Shown: positions 28,951 to 42,450 of the stretch, piece after piece
Position numbering within the stretch: the stretch's first letter is position 1
Layout: each line of letters begins with the position of its first letter
Origin: Octopus sinensis
Taxonomy: Eukaryota
Direction of reading: 5' to 3'
Assembly: GCF_006345805.1 (NCBI RefSeq)
Contig: NC_042999.1
Coordinates: 65,348,001 to 65,412,000 of the forward strand
DNA length: 64,000 nucleotides
Translations under genes and position numbers: made by a program
Notes under the pieces: generated by a model
Seen by the model: only the letters and a program-made list of their open reading frames with translations
Database searches by the model: none
What the model was told of the DNA's origin: nothing

Positions 28951-30324
28951 TACATACATACGTACATACATAAGTACATACTTACATATACACACTCATA
29001 CGTACTTATGTATATACATACATACATACATACACACCCATATATATGTATAAGTATTTAAATGTGTGTGTATTTTTATTTGTTTTATATTTATATTTAT
29101 TCATAATTTAACCTTATGTACTATATAATCTCTGCCGAAGTCTAGAGAGACACCCAAGTACCTCAATTTCATCTGCTTATTACTTCAGTCTACTGGGGTA
29201 ACAAAGGTAGAATGAGGTATTTTTGCCTCTTGGCTGAAATAGCTGTAAGTTATTTTTGCTAATTTATATTCATGTATGCTATATTGTAATAATTGCTCAT
29301 TTATTCTAACCTTCATACCTACAACGGCCTGTATTTTTTCGGAGAATTAAGCAAATATGTATTATGACCAGGATATTGAACGTTTATTTATCTCAATACC
29401 AGACAACCAAATAATTCCAAAATAATTTTTCTCTCAAATGATACAAGCTATCAACAGAATTCCCTTCTTGTTCATGAATTTCCTACACAAATTTTTGATT
29501 TAACGAATGTCAAACTCAACATAAAGAGCGGGACATGAAGAGTCCTATAGGATCAACAAAGGTCAGATATGTTAACACATCCTTCGTATAAACCTACAGC
29601 TTTTTACTTCGAAATGATTAAATAAAGCAAGAAAAACAACAACGTTCAACAGAGCTGCTTCATTTTATGTTTACATACCAAAAGAAACAAAAAACAAATA
29701 AGCATCATCTGCCAGAGTCTATGTGATATTAGTTTCTGGGGAGCCATAACACTTCCATAATTCAAAACCCGAGAAAACATCCGCTAATATTTAATCTGCT
29801 GGGATTCATCTATTTCAGGTATTATTTACTTATATGAGTGTTTGACTTACATTTTAATAACGTATTTGCCTTCAAAGAAAACCACAACCATTTCCTACTA
29901 TTATCACTTGAATAACAAAGCCGTTTCAAAACTACCAATGAAACCCCATCAATGACCGAGAAAATAATATCGGTAAAATGTTACTTCTAAATAAAGCAAT
30001 ATAATTAGCTTCCCTATTAGGCATACGTACACACACACACTGCTACACGACATCGGAATATATTTCACACACACACATCAATGTGTGAGAATGTATGTGT
30101 GCATGAGTTCAGTATGCGGCAAAGTAATTTATTTTACTAAGCCCTTTTATATAATATATATAAATATATATATATTTATATATATATATAATATATATAT
30201 AATATATATATATATGCACACATATATATATATATATAGATATATACATACATATATATATATAAACATACACACACATACACACACTCACACAAACACA
30301 CACACACATTCATACACACACACA

Positions 30325-30357
<33 letters not shown>

Positions 30358-30360
<3 letters not shown>

Positions 30361-30690
30361 GAAGGAGCATGGCTCACTGGTTAGAGCATGGAACTTACGA
30401 CCGTGACGTCAGGTCGTGAGTACGAATCCCGGAACGAGCTGCGTGTTGTGTTCTTGAGCAAGACACTTTATTCTTTATTTCACCTTGCTCCGGTTCACTC
30501 AGCTGCAGAAATGAGTTGTGACGTCACTGGTACCAGGCTGTATCGGCCCCTTTGCCTTTCCCTTCGGTGGCGTGGAGAGGGGTAGGTAGTATGCATGGGT
30601 GACTGCTGGTCTTTCATAAACAACCATGTGCCGTGGAGGGTAAATGTTTAGGTGCAATCCCATGGCCATTCTAAACGGAAGTGGGTCTCC
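30358..30690 (+). mobile_element. SINE (family D)
   Basis: Homologous to 33052-33378. Confidence 0.8.
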
Positions 30691-30695
30691 GATGG

Positions 30696-30773
<78 letters not shown>

Positions 30774-30776
<3 letters not shown>

Positions 30777-32223
30777 TATTATAAAAGGCAGATTTTATCT
30801 GCCTCCCTTTGGGAGTTATAGAAATCTACAATATAGGATTTCTTCAATTACAATTTACCTAGCATTTTTAAGAGTAGAATGCATCGGGTCATGCCAGGTC
30901 CAGTTTTTAAAATTTAAACTCCAATTAAGCAAAATTTACAGAAAACTCACATTCTGGTGTGTGTGTCAAATGCTTTTCTTAATGTGGTTTACACCACACG
31001 CACACGCACACACACAGTGTGCAATGAATAAAATGAAAGTAAATAGCGACAGAGTGATTTGAGGAAGACTAAACTGAAAGTATTTAAACCACTACTCAAA
31101 AAATAAAAAAACACAGCAAACAAAAACAAATAAATACATAACGATTTACTCCTCACACAATTTCTTCAATTAGAGTGTACCCATGATTTTTCAGAGTACT
31201 TCAGTGGGTGATGCCATAAAAAATGTCTTTCAATTTTACCACTAATTAAGACAAAATTCGAGAAAACTCAATATTTTAACATTTCACTCCGAAAGCATTG
31301 ATGTACATGTGTGCGTGCGTGAGTGTGTGTGTGTGTGTGTGTTCGATGGGTTGTGCGACACAGAAAGTGTGGTGTGTAAGTGAAGTGCTTTTGTTAGTGT
31401 GTGTAAAGAGACAGACAGAGTGAAAGACAGAAATAAGCGCGCGTAATTGAAAGTTTTCACTATGATATCATCACGTGCGAAAAAATTCGAAGGGTTTTGA
31501 ACAATTGAGATACAGATGTCACGCCTGTATTGAAACCATTGCTAAGCTGCCGTAATTGCTTAATTAAGACTTTGTTTAAATTGAAAGGGGCAAATATGTG
31601 ACGACGTTGAAAAAAAATACCCCAGAAGAAAAAATGTACTGCTGGTATTTATATAATTCACTACTATTTTGCTACAATGTCATGAAAAAGAAAAAAATTA
31701 AGGTATGTAAATCGAATTCGCCACCCCCTTTTCCCCGTTCGCGTTTGTGTAAAAAAAATTATTATTTAAGTTTTAAAAATTATTTACTTTGTTCAAAAAA
31801 TATTAATATTAATTAATTTTCAAGAATTATTTAATTTTATTCTGTAAAATAGTAATTAATTCATTTATCTCTAAATCGGCGAGGTTGTTACTCAGGCACC
31901 TAGAATGGTAACCTTCAACTAACACTATCTCCTCCGAGACCCTGCGGCGCAAGTTGACCAAAATTGAGAGTATGGTACAAGAAGGGTTGCTCTTCCTTCT
32001 GTAGAACATAAAATTCAAATCGGACCATGTTAACACCAAAAATTATTTACATCAAAAAGATCCTTTTTTCTATGAAAATTCCTATTTTTTACGATTTTTT
32101 CACTGCTGTGTCGCCACTTTTCGGTGTATTTCGACCAGAAAAATGTTCACAAAATTTTTACTTTTCAAAATTACAATTCCAGCGGGTCGAAACAAACCCG
32201 AGCAACACCGGGCGATACTGCTA

Positions 32224-32224
<1 letters not shown>
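30774..32224 (+). mobile_element. Non-autonomous Helitron, 1451 bp
   Basis: A|TC start at 30773/30774, subterminal hairpin CCCG-AGCAACAC-CGGG at 32197-32212, CTAG|T end at 32224; no target duplication. Confidence 0.85.
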
Positions 32225-32258
<34 letters not shown>

Positions 32259-32321
32259 CGATCTTACAACAATGAAAATCAAAGTAATATGATGTAATGT
32301 AAAATAGTGGAGATGATAATG

Positions 32322-32370
<49 letters not shown>

Positions 32371-32399
32371 GAATAATAATAATAATAATAATAATAATA

Positions 32400-34020
32400 G
32401 TCATCTGTCATCTGTCAAGTCACAAGGACCTCAGACAGATAATACTTTCGTTAAACTTGTGCGCTGTGCCCAATAGGCGTACTTTTTTGCTAGACAACAA
32501 TCTTGCATGGGATTTCCAGTTGCCTTAATAAGTTTTGAATTTCCAATGCGATGGAGCCCAACGATCCGATATCCGCTACTATCACTTTTACATTACCCTC
32601 TCGCATTACAAATAGTCTTGCCATTTCCACTTTCAGTTCAGAGTACTCGGTGACTTTTTTGAACCTCTTTACTCACAACATTCGTGTCATTTGATATAGC
32701 TACATCAATGATCTGACAGTAGTTGTCTCTCTTATTCAATATGACGATATCCGGCCGACGGTGTCCGATTACCCGATCCGCCTGAAAATCATAATCCCAG
32801 AGTATCGTTACTTTTCCATCCTCCTGCATAACATTAATTGGTACATACTCATACCAGTTCTCTGTTACTTCATACTGGTATTTACGGCATAAGAGCCAAT
32901 GAAGATATATACATATTTTATTGTGGCCGCGCTTGTATTCTTAATGTGCAAGGCTCTCACATCCACTTAGCAAGTGGGTCACATTTTCCGCATTCTTTCC
33001 ACAGAGTCTGCATTTCTGGGTGTCAGAAGTTTTATATTATACTTCCCTGAAGTGAAGGCGCATGGCTAAGTGGTTAGAGCGTCGAGCTTACGATCTTGAG
33101 GTTGTGAGCTCGAATTCCGGACCGGGCTGCGTGTTGTGTTCTTGAGCAAGACACTTTATTTCACGTTGCTCCAGTTAACTCAGCTGTAGAAATGAGTTGC
33201 GACGTCACGAGTGCCAAGCTGAATCGGCTGCTGCCTTTCTCTTGGATAACACTGGTGGCGTGGAGAGGGGAGGCCGGTATCCAAGGGCGACTGCTGATCT
33301 TCCATAAACCACCTTGCCCAGACTTGTGACTAGCAGGGTAACTTTCTAGGTGCAATCCCATGGTCAGTGTCGTGACCGATACTTCCCTGAATTGGTAGCG
33401 AGAGCCTGGTTGTGTGCAGCAATGATCAGGCTTTCAGTGGTACACTTCAAATCACTTCGTTCAAGCCATGCCCACGATGCTTTCAAACTGTCCATATATT
33501 TTCATTTCAAGGCGGTCTTCTTTTCTCTTCTCCTCAGCTCTTTGGTTAAACTCCTCCTCGCCCATCATTTAATCTGCATTTACAGCAATATCTTTCGCGG
33601 CATACTGCATCAGGTCTTTATCACTATTCATCAAATACACGGCAAGCGTTCGCCTTTCACTCCTCATACAATGGTCTATACTAATTAGTCCTCTGCCACC
33701 ATTCTTTCTTTTCATATACAGTCTGTTTACGTTTGCTTTAGGGGTAGCGCCCCATGCAACACCATCAACTTTCTCGTCCTTCTATCCAGTGTTAATATTT
33801 CCTCCTTAGTCCATTTACGGATGGACGCACTATATGTGGCCTCCACGACTGCCCAGATATTCATTGCGGTAATCAAACTTTTGGCATTCAGTTATGATTT
33901 CAACACCATCTTCACCCTTTTTTCATATGCCTCGCTGACCTTGACTTTCATTTCCCTGTGTAGAATGTCATCCAGCTCCAAAATACCTAAATATATATAT
34001 CCACTGCCGTCGGGTTAACG
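32400..34020 (-). mobile_element. 5'-truncated R4/Dong-clade LINE (RT C-terminus, CCHC knuckle, restriction-like endonuclease)
   Basis: GYIYLGILE, RLYMKRKNGGRGL, TESLIIAAHNQAL, CRLC..HLLSGC, ILWDYDFQADRVIGHRRPDIV..IIDVAI; 3' end abuts the (ATA)n tract at 32316-32399. Confidence 0.9.
33052..33378 (+). mobile_element. SINE (family D) inserted in the R4 LINE with a 13-bp TSD
   Basis: ATACTTCCCTGAA at 33039-33051 and 33379-33391; the LINE frame continues across the insertion. Confidence 0.92.
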
Positions 34021-34208
34021 GCCTAGCGAGTATATATATATATATATATATAGTTAATCCAAACATGAAAACACAAAGAGAAAACACTACAACGCGAGGA
34101 AGTGCAACAAGTATAGTGCTATTGGGCGCTCAGGAAAGGAAAGATCCAAGGAAGGGAAGACGGAGGAAAAAAATCGCCAACGGTATACACGCGGTCACAT
34201 ATATAACG

Positions 34209-34270
<62 letters not shown>

Positions 34271-35340
34271 TGTACAGTTAGGCCGGAAAACCGACCTGGC
34301 GGTTTCAAAGGGTTAATATTATACAGGGAACAGTAGATTTCACATACTCTCCAAATATAATTTTCTACGACAGAAATACCAATAAAATCTCTTCCAAACC
34401 ACACTCTACCGTCTTTATTAATGACATGTTAAATAGTGTAATCTAGAATTCCCTTACGCAGGGACAAGGCATGATTGTCACGGCTGGAATGCCTTTGGTC
34501 ATAGGTCTTCTGAATCAAGTTTAACTCGGGGCAATACAAATTTTCTATAACACAAGTCACAACAAATGTATTTTGATTTTAAATAGCAATACCAAATAGC
34601 TATAAGACCATGAAGAAGCGAAATTAAAAGCGAAGGAATTACACTGACTTAGGCTATTGAATTAAAATCAATATAGTATTGAGGACAGTGTCCATAATTT
34701 CAATGGCATTTGTTATGACTGAAACGATATACTGCAAAGACACCGATAGAGTACAAATAAGCATTGACGTAGACACGTTCCGCAAAATAGCTATACTAGT
34801 GTCTGCGTATATTGTTAGAGACTATCGCAAAGGCTTTTGTTAACCTTCGATATTTGAATTTATTTCTCCTAGATGTTTGATATTCTTTATGATAGAAGAT
34901 AAACAACTCTTGATATATTACCCAATTCATAAATATATAATTTAATAAATGAATAATGGTGAAAATAATTATTTAGGTTTCGAAAAAGAACTAGCGATAA
35001 CGAGAACTAGATTGGAGACGGTTTCAGTAGATAAACGAGAAGACGATTGTAAGAAAGAAAGATATTAAAGAAATAACGGGCGACACGCTGGCGGCGTAAA
35101 CGGTGATTCACCATTTTCTACAGATATGAACATCATGATTGCTTTTATTCATGATAAGGCACGTGATATTTGGAAACCAGCGGGCAAAGGGAGCTCGAAC
35201 AGTGGAGGTTGTAGACTCGAAACTTGAGAACGGAACCACAATGTGGTAACTTACTCTCGAGCACTTAATTTAGGTACATTGTATATTTTCTGTGACCGAG
35301 AACTCAGTATCGTTTAGTATAGCAAACTAACTTAAAATGC

Positions 35341-35511
35341 TAGGCGCAGGAGTGACTATGTGGTAATTAGCTTGCTTACGAACCACATGGTTCCGGGTTC
35401 AGTCCCACTGCGTGGCACCTTGGGTAAGTGTCTTCTACTATAGCATCGAGCCGACCAAAGCCTTGTGAGTGGATTTGGTAGACGGAAACTGAAAGAAGCC
35501 CGTCGTATATT

Positions 35512-35568
<57 letters not shown>

Positions 35569-35770
35569 ATATGATTGTATGTGTTTGTTCCCCCAACATC
35601 CCTTGACAACCGATTATGGTGTGTTTACGTCCCCGTAACTTAGCTGTTCGGCAAAATAGTCCGATAGAATAAGTACTACGCTTACAAGGAGTAGGTCCTG
35701 GGGTTGATATCTTCGACTAAAGGTAGTGCTCCAGCATGGCCGCAGTCAAATGACTAAAACGAATAAAAGA
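35341..35770 (+). mobile_element. SINE (family A), full length
   Basis: Head, (TA)(TG) tract and tail. Confidence 0.85.
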
Positions 35771-35839
35771 ATAGAATTCTATGTTAAAAAAACACATTAT
35801 ATATATATAAGCCCGAACAAACAAAAAACACGCAGAGTG

Positions 35840-36520
35840 TCACAAAATCCTCGTCACTACTGTCGAAAGGTTAATAGCAGTTTCACCATAATAAAAACAT
35901 CCCTTCGGTGGTGTCAGCCTCTTGAAGCGGCCGAGAAATAGTGGACAAATGAAGATACTGAAGATACAAACGAAATGATATTCAAGACGAGACGGATAGG
36001 GAACAGACAAGGGACAAAGACGAAAACAAACACGCCGGAATATGAACATACAAAGAAAACGAAATAATTAAGCAGAATAAGCCGTTAGGGATTTGACATG
36101 TGGCCCAAATATAGGTAACGCCAGGAGGAGTATACTAAAGGATTAAAAATGCAGAGAACAACGGAGACACAGCAAAGCGTGTTGAAAGTGGGAGGCAATA
36201 GAAACACGACCGTTGTTCCCTTCGTTTCTGATCCCTTACAATATTCTCCCTGGTGTTACCTACATATTCGTCTCATGGCTAGGCCCTAAGACCTAATTCT
36301 GTATATTTATTTAATTTTGTTTGTATGTCCTCATTCACTCGTGTTTTCGTCTTTGTCTCTTGTCGGTTTCCTATTCCTCCCGTCTTGAATATTATTTCGT
36401 ATGTATAAGGTTTATTGTATGTTACATATTTATTTCATGTTTCTATGTTCACTTCCTGTCGTGTCTTATCCGTTTGCTTGCTACTTCCCGCAGTTTCTCG
36501 TCGCTGACACCATCAAAGCT
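35840..36520. repeat. Old, diverged inverted duplication (arms about 250 bp)
   Basis: Arms share GTTTTCGTCTTTGTC, CGTCTTGAATAT and CCTGG(C/T)GTTACCTA; also visible as similar ORFs at 35840(-) and 36321(+). Confidence 0.7.
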
Positions 36521-37869
36521 TATCGATATTACCTTTAAAGATGTGAAACCTGTCCTAGAGAGATACCTCTTGCCACGTTTATTTGGTTTATATCCGTGTA
36601 CGATGTTTGTGGGCATCCGTTGATTCCAAGTACCTTGAGAAATTTTGAAACCTATGACGCTGTCTTGGCATCTATCGTGTATACGGGTGATCTTATTTTG
36701 TGTATAGTCGGTCTTAACGTAGATGGTGAGGGCTGAATTGTTATGGACGAAGATGTTTTGTCAAGCTGACTTCCGGTATAACACTATCGATCTTTCCCCT
36801 CGTCTGTGATGCTTAGACGAAAGCCACGCAAGTACTACAGGAGTATTTTAGGGGAAAGAAAGAATGGGATAAGCGCTGATGGACGTCAGCAGGAATATGA
36901 AGTTTAGAAAATTCCACAATGGAATCCAGCAGAACATATGGGAATTCTAATCCCGATATCATGAAGTACATTCATGACTAACCCCATCTTTTAGTAACCA
37001 AACTCGCGGGAGATAACGGAACTGAGTCTTTAGACAGCAAGACTCTCAGTTCTTACTTAAGGAGCCAATACCAGATTTCAGATTTTACATTTCTGTTAGG
37101 CCCATTAGCCCTTTCAAATCATATATTGGGAGAATTAGCGTGAATATTATTGATTGGCTGATTCCCAAGGTAGGGTCGCAGTGAAAGTAAAAGAATATAT
37201 ACATGATTGTTTCTTTTAGTCTAACACTTCACCTTCCCATGTATTTTGTTGTATGTCTTCCGAAAAGTGCCCTTCAGGCTAATTCAGTAGCGGATCATAA
37301 ACTCCAATTCAACCACATTTAAAAATGATTTCCAAATATAATATCAAATAAAAATGCAAATATATATATACATATACAAACATACATGCACACACACATA
37401 CATACACACGTATAGTGATAGCTAGTTGTACGTTACTTATATTCCGAGGAACAGCCATTTATCAAGTTATTCTTATATACAGGACACACATATAGCTTTA
37501 CAATCATGTCTAAAGGACAAATATATTGCATTATATTGAAATAACTATTCGCAGTGATGTACAAATTGTCAATAAGCAACAATTGTAAGAGCAACAGCGT
37601 AAAGTAACTTGGTCTTATATATATTTATGAGGTGAGTGCCACATATATAAATTAGGCAGAGCGAAGAGAAGTAGAATAAATTTCTGCACCAATCATACGA
37701 TAACTTTTGATATAAATTTCGTTCTCTCTCCCGCATTTACATAGTCAGTAAAAAATCCGATATATATTTACATACACAGCACACATATTTATATACATAT
37801 ATACACACATCTATATATGCATATACACGTACACTCACAAATATATATACATTTACATACGCACACACA

Positions 37870-37904
<35 letters not shown>

Positions 37905-38283
37905 ATATATATATATATACATATGTGCATACACACACGCATGTGTATCTTATACATATATGTACATGCATACAAACATGTATATATATATGCACACACA
38001 AATTGCTATCCACACTCATACATCCCCCCATATAAACTCACTCATATGCAAGCACGGTCGTATATACCAAACTATATACACGCACACAATCGTATATCTT
38101 TTTACATGTACATCTATCCATTCCTCCATCCATCAATCAATCCACCCACACATACATAGATACATACGTACACAATACATACATTCGCATCCAACCATAA
38201 ATACATGAACGTGCATATACGCACACGTACGCATGCTTAAACGCACACACATACACAATATATATATATATATATATATATAT

Positions 38284-38341
<58 letters not shown>

Positions 38342-38451
38342 ATATACCGGAGTAAAGACATAAATGTGAAACAAGGTGGAAAAAAGAGTACTCAAATACC
38401 GGCGGTAGAGTAATATGCTTTATTTAAAAGCAGCAGCAATTTAACAAATGT

Positions 38452-38487
38452 TGTTACTCAGAGTTTCACGTTCCCGTTCATCGGACA
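38452..38487 (-). ncRNA. Minimal type I hammerhead ribozyme in a short repeat tail (38347-38490)
   Basis: Minus strand TGT-CCGATGA-ACG(GGAA)CGT-GAAA-CTCTGAG-T-A-ACA; GUA cleavage triplet. Confidence 0.7.
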
Positions 38488-39399
38488 GTTATATTGTTGT
38501 TCCAAGACAACAATATAAAAGAGCTTGAACTCTAGAACAGGGACAAGTAGAATCGTTTCAACTAACGCCAATACTAATTTTTCCCAGTGAGTTTACAAGT
38601 GGATGCATTAAGATGTGTGATGCCGACAACCGTCTACTTCTTCCACCGTACTGTGTATTGCATATCCCATATCGATACAATGGTACAGTGCTCTTCAGCG
38701 GTTTTTCTCAATATAATTCGCTGGAAATTCAGTCTTTAAATGCATAGGATTACAAGAGTATGAATAGATATCAATGAATGTTTAAAACATGAACTGGTTC
38801 TTCCGGACGGCCAGTACTGCTGCTCGAGCTGGATAATGCTACATGCAAATATTACTGGTGAAATAGATAGTAATTTGGTGCCAGTTTTGAGCCAGTAGCA
38901 ATTGTTGTGAAAATGATAGTGTATGTCCTCTATCGGAAATGTTCTATCACATGGACACCCATGCCACCCTAGACAAAACATATCAATTTGGGACAGGGGA
39001 GAAAGAGCTGAATGCAATAATGGAAATCAGTTGCCTAGCAGATTTCGACATGAAGCTAAACCACAGTGAAAAATACAAGACCTACACTGTATTTTTGAAA
39101 CATGTTACTCGATCCGAATTACAGTTCAGATATATGACTGTAAGTGTCATGGCACTGGTATATGTAAAAACTGTCTAAGCTATAATGTTGAGAAATTAGG
39201 CTTCTCAAAACAAAGAAAGAGAAAACTTAGAAGTTTACAATCAAAGCCATTAATGGAACTGTAAATATTTGTAGAATTTTCCGAAACTTTAGCATTTCAG
39301 TATATATATACACATGTCTACACATGCAACTATAAGCTTTAGAGTACATACATGCAACAAATCATATAAATCTCCACATTCCACATCAAATACCTATTT

Positions 39400-39790
39400 C
39401 TTTACTACCCAAAAGCGGCTAAACACAGAGGATACAAACAAGGACAGACAAACGGATTAAGTCGATTATATCGACCCCAGTGCGTAACTGGTACTTATTT
39501 AATCGACTCCGAAAGGATGAAAGGCAAAGTCGACCTCGGCGAAATTTGAATCAGAACGTAACGGCAGACGAAATACCTATTTCTTTACTACCCACAAGGG
39601 GCTAAACACAGAGAGAACAAACAAAGACAGACAAACGGATTAAGTCGATTATATCGCTCCCAGCGCGTAACTGCTACTTATTTAATCGATCCCGAAAGGA
39701 CGATAGGCAGAATTTGAACTCAGCACGTAGCGGCAGACAAAATACTGCGCAGCAGTTCGCCCGGCGTGCTAACGTTTCTATCAGCTCGCC
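39400..39790 (-). mobile_element. Two tandem SINE family C copies
   Basis: GGACAGACAAACGGATTAAGTCGATTATATCG block present twice. Confidence 0.8.
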
Positions 39791-39989
39791 ACATCAAATA
39801 CCCTGACACTAATTATTGCAAAGACACACACATATTTACCCAGTTGATGTTGTTGAAATTCCTATGGACCTTACTTAAAAACCGGCTCTTCCCTGTCGAT
39901 GATAATTTTTGAAATAGAATCGAATAACAACATATATACACAAATAGATAGATATACATGCATTTATGCATGTATGATGCCTGTATATA

Positions 39990-40555
39990 TATATCTGTGT
40001 TTGTGTGTGTGTGTGTGTGTCTGTGTTTGTCGCCTCACCATCGCTTGACAGCCGATGTTGGGGTGTTTACGTCCACGTAATCTTGCGGTTCGGCAAAAGA
40101 GAACGATATAATAAGTACTAGGCTTACAGAAAATACGTCCTGGACTAAAGGTGGTGCTCCAGCATGACCGCAGTGAACTGAATAAAGCAAGTAAATGAAT
40201 AAAAGAATATGAATGAATGGCTCGAAATTGTTTTGGTCCAAGCTATTATGATCAATACATGCATCTCTCAATAAAAGCATTAAGTGCCCTTTTTTCGTTT
40301 GCCCACTTATTCGCATACATACATACATACATACATGCATACATTCAAATACATACACGCATACACACACATAAAAACACACACATACAAACACACACAC
40401 ATATATACGACGGGCTTCTATCTACCGAATCCACTGACAAGGCTTTGGTCGACTCAAGGCTATAGTAGAAGACACTTGCCCAAGGTGCCACACAGTGGGA
40501 ATGAAGCCGGAACCATGTGGTTTGTTAGCAAGCTTTTTACCATACAGCCACTCCT
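39990..40555. mobile_element. SINE family A tail (+) and SINE family A head (-)
   Basis: Homology to the other family A copies. Confidence 0.7.
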
Positions 40556-40834
40556 GTAACTATATATATATATATGTATATATATTAGAAAAATATACAT
40601 TTAGCGAAAAGTGCGAATGAAGATGTGTACGTTTTCATAGTGATGTATGCGTACGCACATATGTACGCGAGCGCACATATGTACGTATGAATAGGTACGC
40701 TTACTTGTTTACTATGAACTTTTAATCTTATCTTAATAAGCGGTCATTCGAATTAGCGTTTTGTATAAGTAGCGGCCTATAACACAGTAATTTCCCATTG
40801 TATAACGGTCTTATTTCATAGCGTTTTTCAGATG

Positions 40835-40904
40835 GCCAGATAACCGAAGAGATGGTGGTGTGGATTTCCACCCCGGCATCCGAAACTCAGAGTTTTATCT
40901 TGGC
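40835..40904 (+). ncRNA. Candidate type I hammerhead ribozyme with extended stems I and II
   Basis: GCCAGATAA-CCGAAGA-GATGGTGG..CCACC..CATC-c-GAAA-CTCAGAG-T-T-TTATCTTGGC; stem I about 9 bp with one bulge; GUU triplet. Confidence 0.6.
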
Positions 40905-40937
40905 TACTGAATAATTGTCACATATTTTGCAGATATC

Positions 40938-41019
<82 letters not shown>

Positions 41020-41391
41020 AATACATATGTGTGTGTATACGAATGCATGCACACACAAAGAGACACGCACCCATAAGTACATTTATGTGTTACTCTATAA
41101 TATAAGCTTATGTTAAATATTTTCGTCATTCCTGTATAATTTCAGCTGTTGATATTCCATAGAAAACTTCGCTTTATAACATTAGTAGTTCCTGGTGATC
41201 TACATTTCATGACAAATTGGTTTGTATGCAGCTGGCAAAATTATGTTATTGCTGTGAGATAACGTACGTACATGTAACAAAAATTGTTTTTTTAATATTT
41301 CAGTTTTTACACAGACACACACACACACACCACACACACACACACACACATACAGACAGACACACATGCACACATACATACACATGCACAA

Positions 41392-41490
<99 letters not shown>

Positions 41491-41849
41491 CGTATATATA
41501 TATTTGTGCTTGTCTATATGTGTGTATATATGTATATATGCTTACGCATGTACTTTTATATATATATATATATATATATACAGAAATACACACGCATGCA
41601 GGCACATATATACATATATATGTTCGTATGTATATATACCGACACGCATCACGCCTCTTGTCATTTGGTCGTGAATATTTCCCCGAACATTAACGTTGCC
41701 AGTAAACTGAATAATGAGGCCAAGATTCCCCTTTTAATACATAACATGATCTACATACATTGGGTAGTACGATTTTCCTTATTTAAAAGAAAACTACAAC
41801 AGTTATATACACACTTATATAATATTGTTCCATTCCACTACCGACGCTC

Positions 41850-42450
41850 TAATTCCACACCCTTACGACATATCAAACTTCACTTTCAACGAAATGTGGG
41901 CAGCAGTCGCAGAAGAGAGCGCAGGCTCTGCTCCAGGTCATCTGGCACTACAAATAGCATTTACAAACAAATCCCTCTACTGTTCGGGAAGCTAGAGAGA
42001 CAGCTATGCTTGATCAGGAAGAAGATGCAGGAAGCCTGCCTCTGGACTTACGCTGTGGCATGTTTTGTCCAAAAAAGGAAGAAAACTCATCGGGACTCGT
42101 TCAGTTCCGAGAGGTTTCTCATTTGGACGTCGAGGAGAAGATCTTTTGGATCATCATTGCCGACAGATATACACAATATCTTATGGGCAACGAGGACATC
42201 GACGCAAACATGAATAAGAACTCTCTCGTATCATTAGATCTTGCAAAGACGTACAAAAACGTGCCTCACCAGCTTCTCCAATGTGGATGACGTACAACTG
42301 TGTATCAACAGAAGTTTTCCGACGGCCCTTAATATCCATTATAGATGCAGTGAGGATGAGGTTCACCGTGGGAAATTACACCACGAAGTGGCAGGGATCG
42401 GAAAAAGGCATCATGGCAGGGAAAACAATATCCGTAGTGTAAGTTCATGA
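41850..42450 (+). mobile_element. Degenerate non-LTR RT fragment, Hero-like
   Basis: AGSAPG, PKKEENSS.L.QFR.VS.LDVEEKIF, SLDLAK.Y..VPH and MRFTVGNYTTKWQ..EKGI motifs of RT domains 0-4; clade recalled from memory. Confidence 0.7.

Noticed and set aside
34285-34317. AAAGGG-TTAA, a piggyBac-like terminus
   Set aside because: No matching opposite end or TTAA duplication found.
35124-35245. AG/GT-bounded putative exon
   Set aside because: All three frames contain stops.
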